From positions 1 to 43,299 of the forward strand of contig CAYQEW010000001.1 of the NCBI GenBank assembly GCA_964416605.1: a stretch of DNA of 43,299 nucleotides, read 5' to 3'. Below are positions 41,303 through 43,299 of this stretch, piece after piece. Both the position numbers and the translations under genes were made by a program. The stretch comes from an uncultured Bacteriovoracaceae bacterium (GTDB taxonomy: Bacteria; Bdellovibrionota; Bacteriovoracia; Bacteriovoracales; Bacteriovoracaceae). Each line of letters opens with the position of its first letter. The stretch's first letter is position 1. Below the pieces are notes generated by a model, which did no database searches, was not told where the DNA came from, and saw only the letters and a list, made by a program, of their open reading frames with translations.

Positions 41303-43299
41303 TAAAAATCACCTTTTTGTATTCCATATTAATTTGACCTAAATCTATAAAACCATCGACATCATTCTTAAGTGAAATATTAGCAGGTAAAAAACTATCA
41401 TCAAAGAGGAGCACGTAATCGCCCTTTGGAACTCCATCAATATTAAAACTTCCTTGATCATCTGTGAAAATTTCTGCAAGCATTTTTCCATTTTTATCAT
41501 TCAGCTGAGCATATTTATACTGGTAGGGCGCACCATCCAAGAAAATATGACCACTGGCAAAGACTTCGGAAAGAAGTTTCATTTGCACTAAATGACCACT
41601 TTTATAGCTTGGAACAACTACACTAATTTCATTGTCAAAAACTTCTCCCGCCTTAAGCTCTTTTTTATTGAGCCAAACTCTGTTGCGACGATAATCGCCA
41701 ATTGACGTGAGAACTCCATTAAACACACCGACCTGAGAAACACTGTCATTATCTCCCGTTGGATTTAAATTAATTGTTCGATTCCATTTAGTTCCAGATA
41801 GAGAGACTAAAGCAAAGCTACCCGAAAAAGGACGCGTTAGAGCAAATTTTTTCTGCGCAAATGCTAAGGCTGTCCCAAATGTCATACTATCTGTTTGTGA
41901 TTTGTTTCCAGTAAAATTAGACTTGTGTTTTATACCAGCGGTAAAATAAGGATGAAAATAATCCGCAGAAAAATCTCCACTTATAATATCTTTTGCTCGA
42001 TGCATTTCAGCATTAATATTAAAACCACGTTGAGCATAGGGAGAGCGATAACCCATTCTTAAACTTTGCTCATCGTGTATTGGATCAATACTAGAATAAA
42101 GTGATGTCTTTTTTTGATTAAAACTAATATTAAATAATAAAGAAAAATTATCTTTCGCATTAGAAATAAAATCATTAGAAACAGTCATATTGAAACGATA
42201 TTTTCTGGCAATTGTTTTGGAAATATTAAATCTTATTCCATAAAGATCATCAGTATAAAGAAAATCAGTTCCATAAAGCGATCCATTAATTGTCACTATA
42301 TCAGTAAAGGTAAAGCCTGTACCAATAACGGCATCATACTTTTTGGGAGCATCAATCGTATAATTGCCTACATCATTAGAAAATTTAGGAGTGTAGGCAT
42401 TAAAATTCAAATCAACTCTTCTAAAGGGACTTGTATTTTCCGTATTCAGTAAGTATTCCCAACCGAGATTGAGAGCATAGCCTTTTTTCGTTTCATTTTT
42501 AAATCCATTTGTAGCAAAATCTGCAATAATGTTTCCAACGTCTGTTCTAATAATATTTTGATTTCCTGCTAAATAAAAATTATTCGAAATATTAGAATAA
42601 GCCCCTGTTGTCCAAATTTTTGTGACTCCTACTTTATGATAAAAATTTAAAGAAAGTGGATCTCCTGGAGTATATTTATAAAATTCATTCTTTCCTTTAT
42701 TTAAATAACCTAGCGAATAAGAAAATTGATTTAATCCACGTTCTAATAAATTTCGATTTCCAAATTCATTATACTTAATTTCTTCCACTTCATTGGTTCC
42801 AAGTTTACGTGTTTTAATAGTGATACTATTAAAGCCATGGTTAAGAATAATATTTTCAAAGGAATGTTTTCCCATGCGTAAAATTTTAGAAAAAATAATA
42901 CGGCCATTCACAAATATTTCGACAAATGATTCTTGTTTTAGAAAAAAAGAATATTCTTCTAACGGTACAATATTTTTATTAGGATCCATTCCGAAAACTC
43001 TATCTGCTCTTACTCCAAGATAATGGACACTTCCTTGGAAGCCGATTCCATTAGACGTTAAATCACCTAAGTGCATTCTCGTCCTTGCTTTAGCAAAATC
43101 TCTAGTAAAAAAGAAATCATACAATGTCCAGTTAGGAGAAAGACTATTTTTGCTCGCGGCGCCTTCAAAAACAAGGCCCCATAAATTAATAGCTCCATCA
43201 AGTGAGAGATTTGAACTGACGTTAGGATAAAGGGATTGATTAATAAATGAATTTACATAAAAAGAAAAAGAATTGGGTGTTACAGAATAACTATCGGAT
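41289..43299 (-). CDS. fimbrial outer-membrane usher protein (N-terminus lies beyond the window end)
   Basis: HLGDLTSNG..F.G....GVRADRVFGMDP, SFVEIFVNGRIIFSKIL..G.HSFENI and ITIKTRKLGTNEVEEIKYN....NLLERGLNQFSYSLGY match the usher plug and barrel N-terminal pattern. SFALVSL, GDYRRNRVWLNKKEL and VVVPSYKSGHLV match usher C-terminal domains. The frame is open from 43124 to 43298. Confidence 0.8.
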   Translation of the reverse strand, partial: SDSYSVTPNSFSFYVNSFINQSLYPNVSSNLSLDGAINLWGLVFEGAASKNSLSPNWTLYDFFFTRDFAKARTRMHLGDLTSNGIGFQGSVHYLGVRADRVFGMDPNKNIVPLEEYSFFLKQESFVEIFVNGRIIFSKILRMGKHSFENIILNHGFNSITIKTRKLGTNEVEEIKYNEFGNRNLLERGLNQFSYSLGYLNKGKNEFYKYTPGDPLSLNFYHKVGVTKIWTTGAYSNISNNFYLAGNQNIIRTDVGNIIADFATNGFKNETKKGYALNLGWEYLLNTENTSPFRRVDLNFNAYTPKFSNDVGNYTIDAPKKYDAVIGTGFTFTDIVTINGSLYGTDFLYTDDLYGIRFNISKTIARKYRFNMTVSNDFISNAKDNFSLLFNISFNQKKTSLYSSIDPIHDEQSLRMGYRSPYAQRGFNINAEMHRAKDIISGDFSADYFHPYFTAGIKHKSNFTGNKSQTDSMTFGTALAFAQKKFALTRPFSGSFALVSLSGTKWNRTINLNPTGDNDSVSQVGVFNGVLTSIGDYRRNRVWLNKKELKAGEVFDNEISVVVPSYKSGHLVQMKLLSEVFASGHIFLDGAPYQYKYAQLNDKNGKMLAEIFTDDQGSFNIDGVPKGDYVLLFDDSFLPANISLKNDVDGFIDLGQINMEYKKVIFNGSN

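Overview
This is an AT-rich, gene-dense chromosomal window from a diderm bacterium. The diderm call rests on lipobox lipoproteins, OmpA-domain proteins, a fimbrial usher and beta-barrels ending in aromatic residues. Gene content loosely recalls Bdellovibrionota/Oligoflexia-type genomes, but that is only a guess. I support about 48 CDS, one tRNA, one 4.5S SRP RNA and one TPP riboswitch. I saw no rRNA, CRISPR array, transposase or integrase. Left third: housekeeping genes (hldC-like, rsmE, prmA, udk, RNase J, 5'-nucleotidase, glpK) and a TPP-riboswitch-controlled ykoEDC-type ECF importer. It also holds a PadR/DUF1700 pair flanked by two paralogous SCPU/Csu-like secreted proteins, radA, SRP RNA with a near-consensus promoter, and tRNA-Leu(GAG). 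Middle: an ORF6N-domain gene behind a perfect 37-nt palindrome, pirin, and two tandem paralogous DUF11-repeat surface lipoproteins, the larger with a GLUG-like C-terminal domain. The middle also has a secreted protein with a caspase-like His/Cys dyad, and asnB. Right third: a rimK operon with a divergent M14-like gene, then the two most unusual loci. (1) A translationally coupled operon encodes lysine 2,3-aminomutase, two Ddl-like ATP-grasp ligases (the second split by a frameshift at an A5 tract), a GNAT and a deoxyhypusine-synthase-like enzyme. This combination matches none of the described beta-lysine or hypusine pathways I know. (2) An archaic (Csu-type) chaperone-usher pilus locus has its usher and tip-subunit genes running, with a 9-nt SD-containing junction, into a MotA/MotB stator pair. 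All functional calls rest on motifs read by eye from the translations. No database search was possible.
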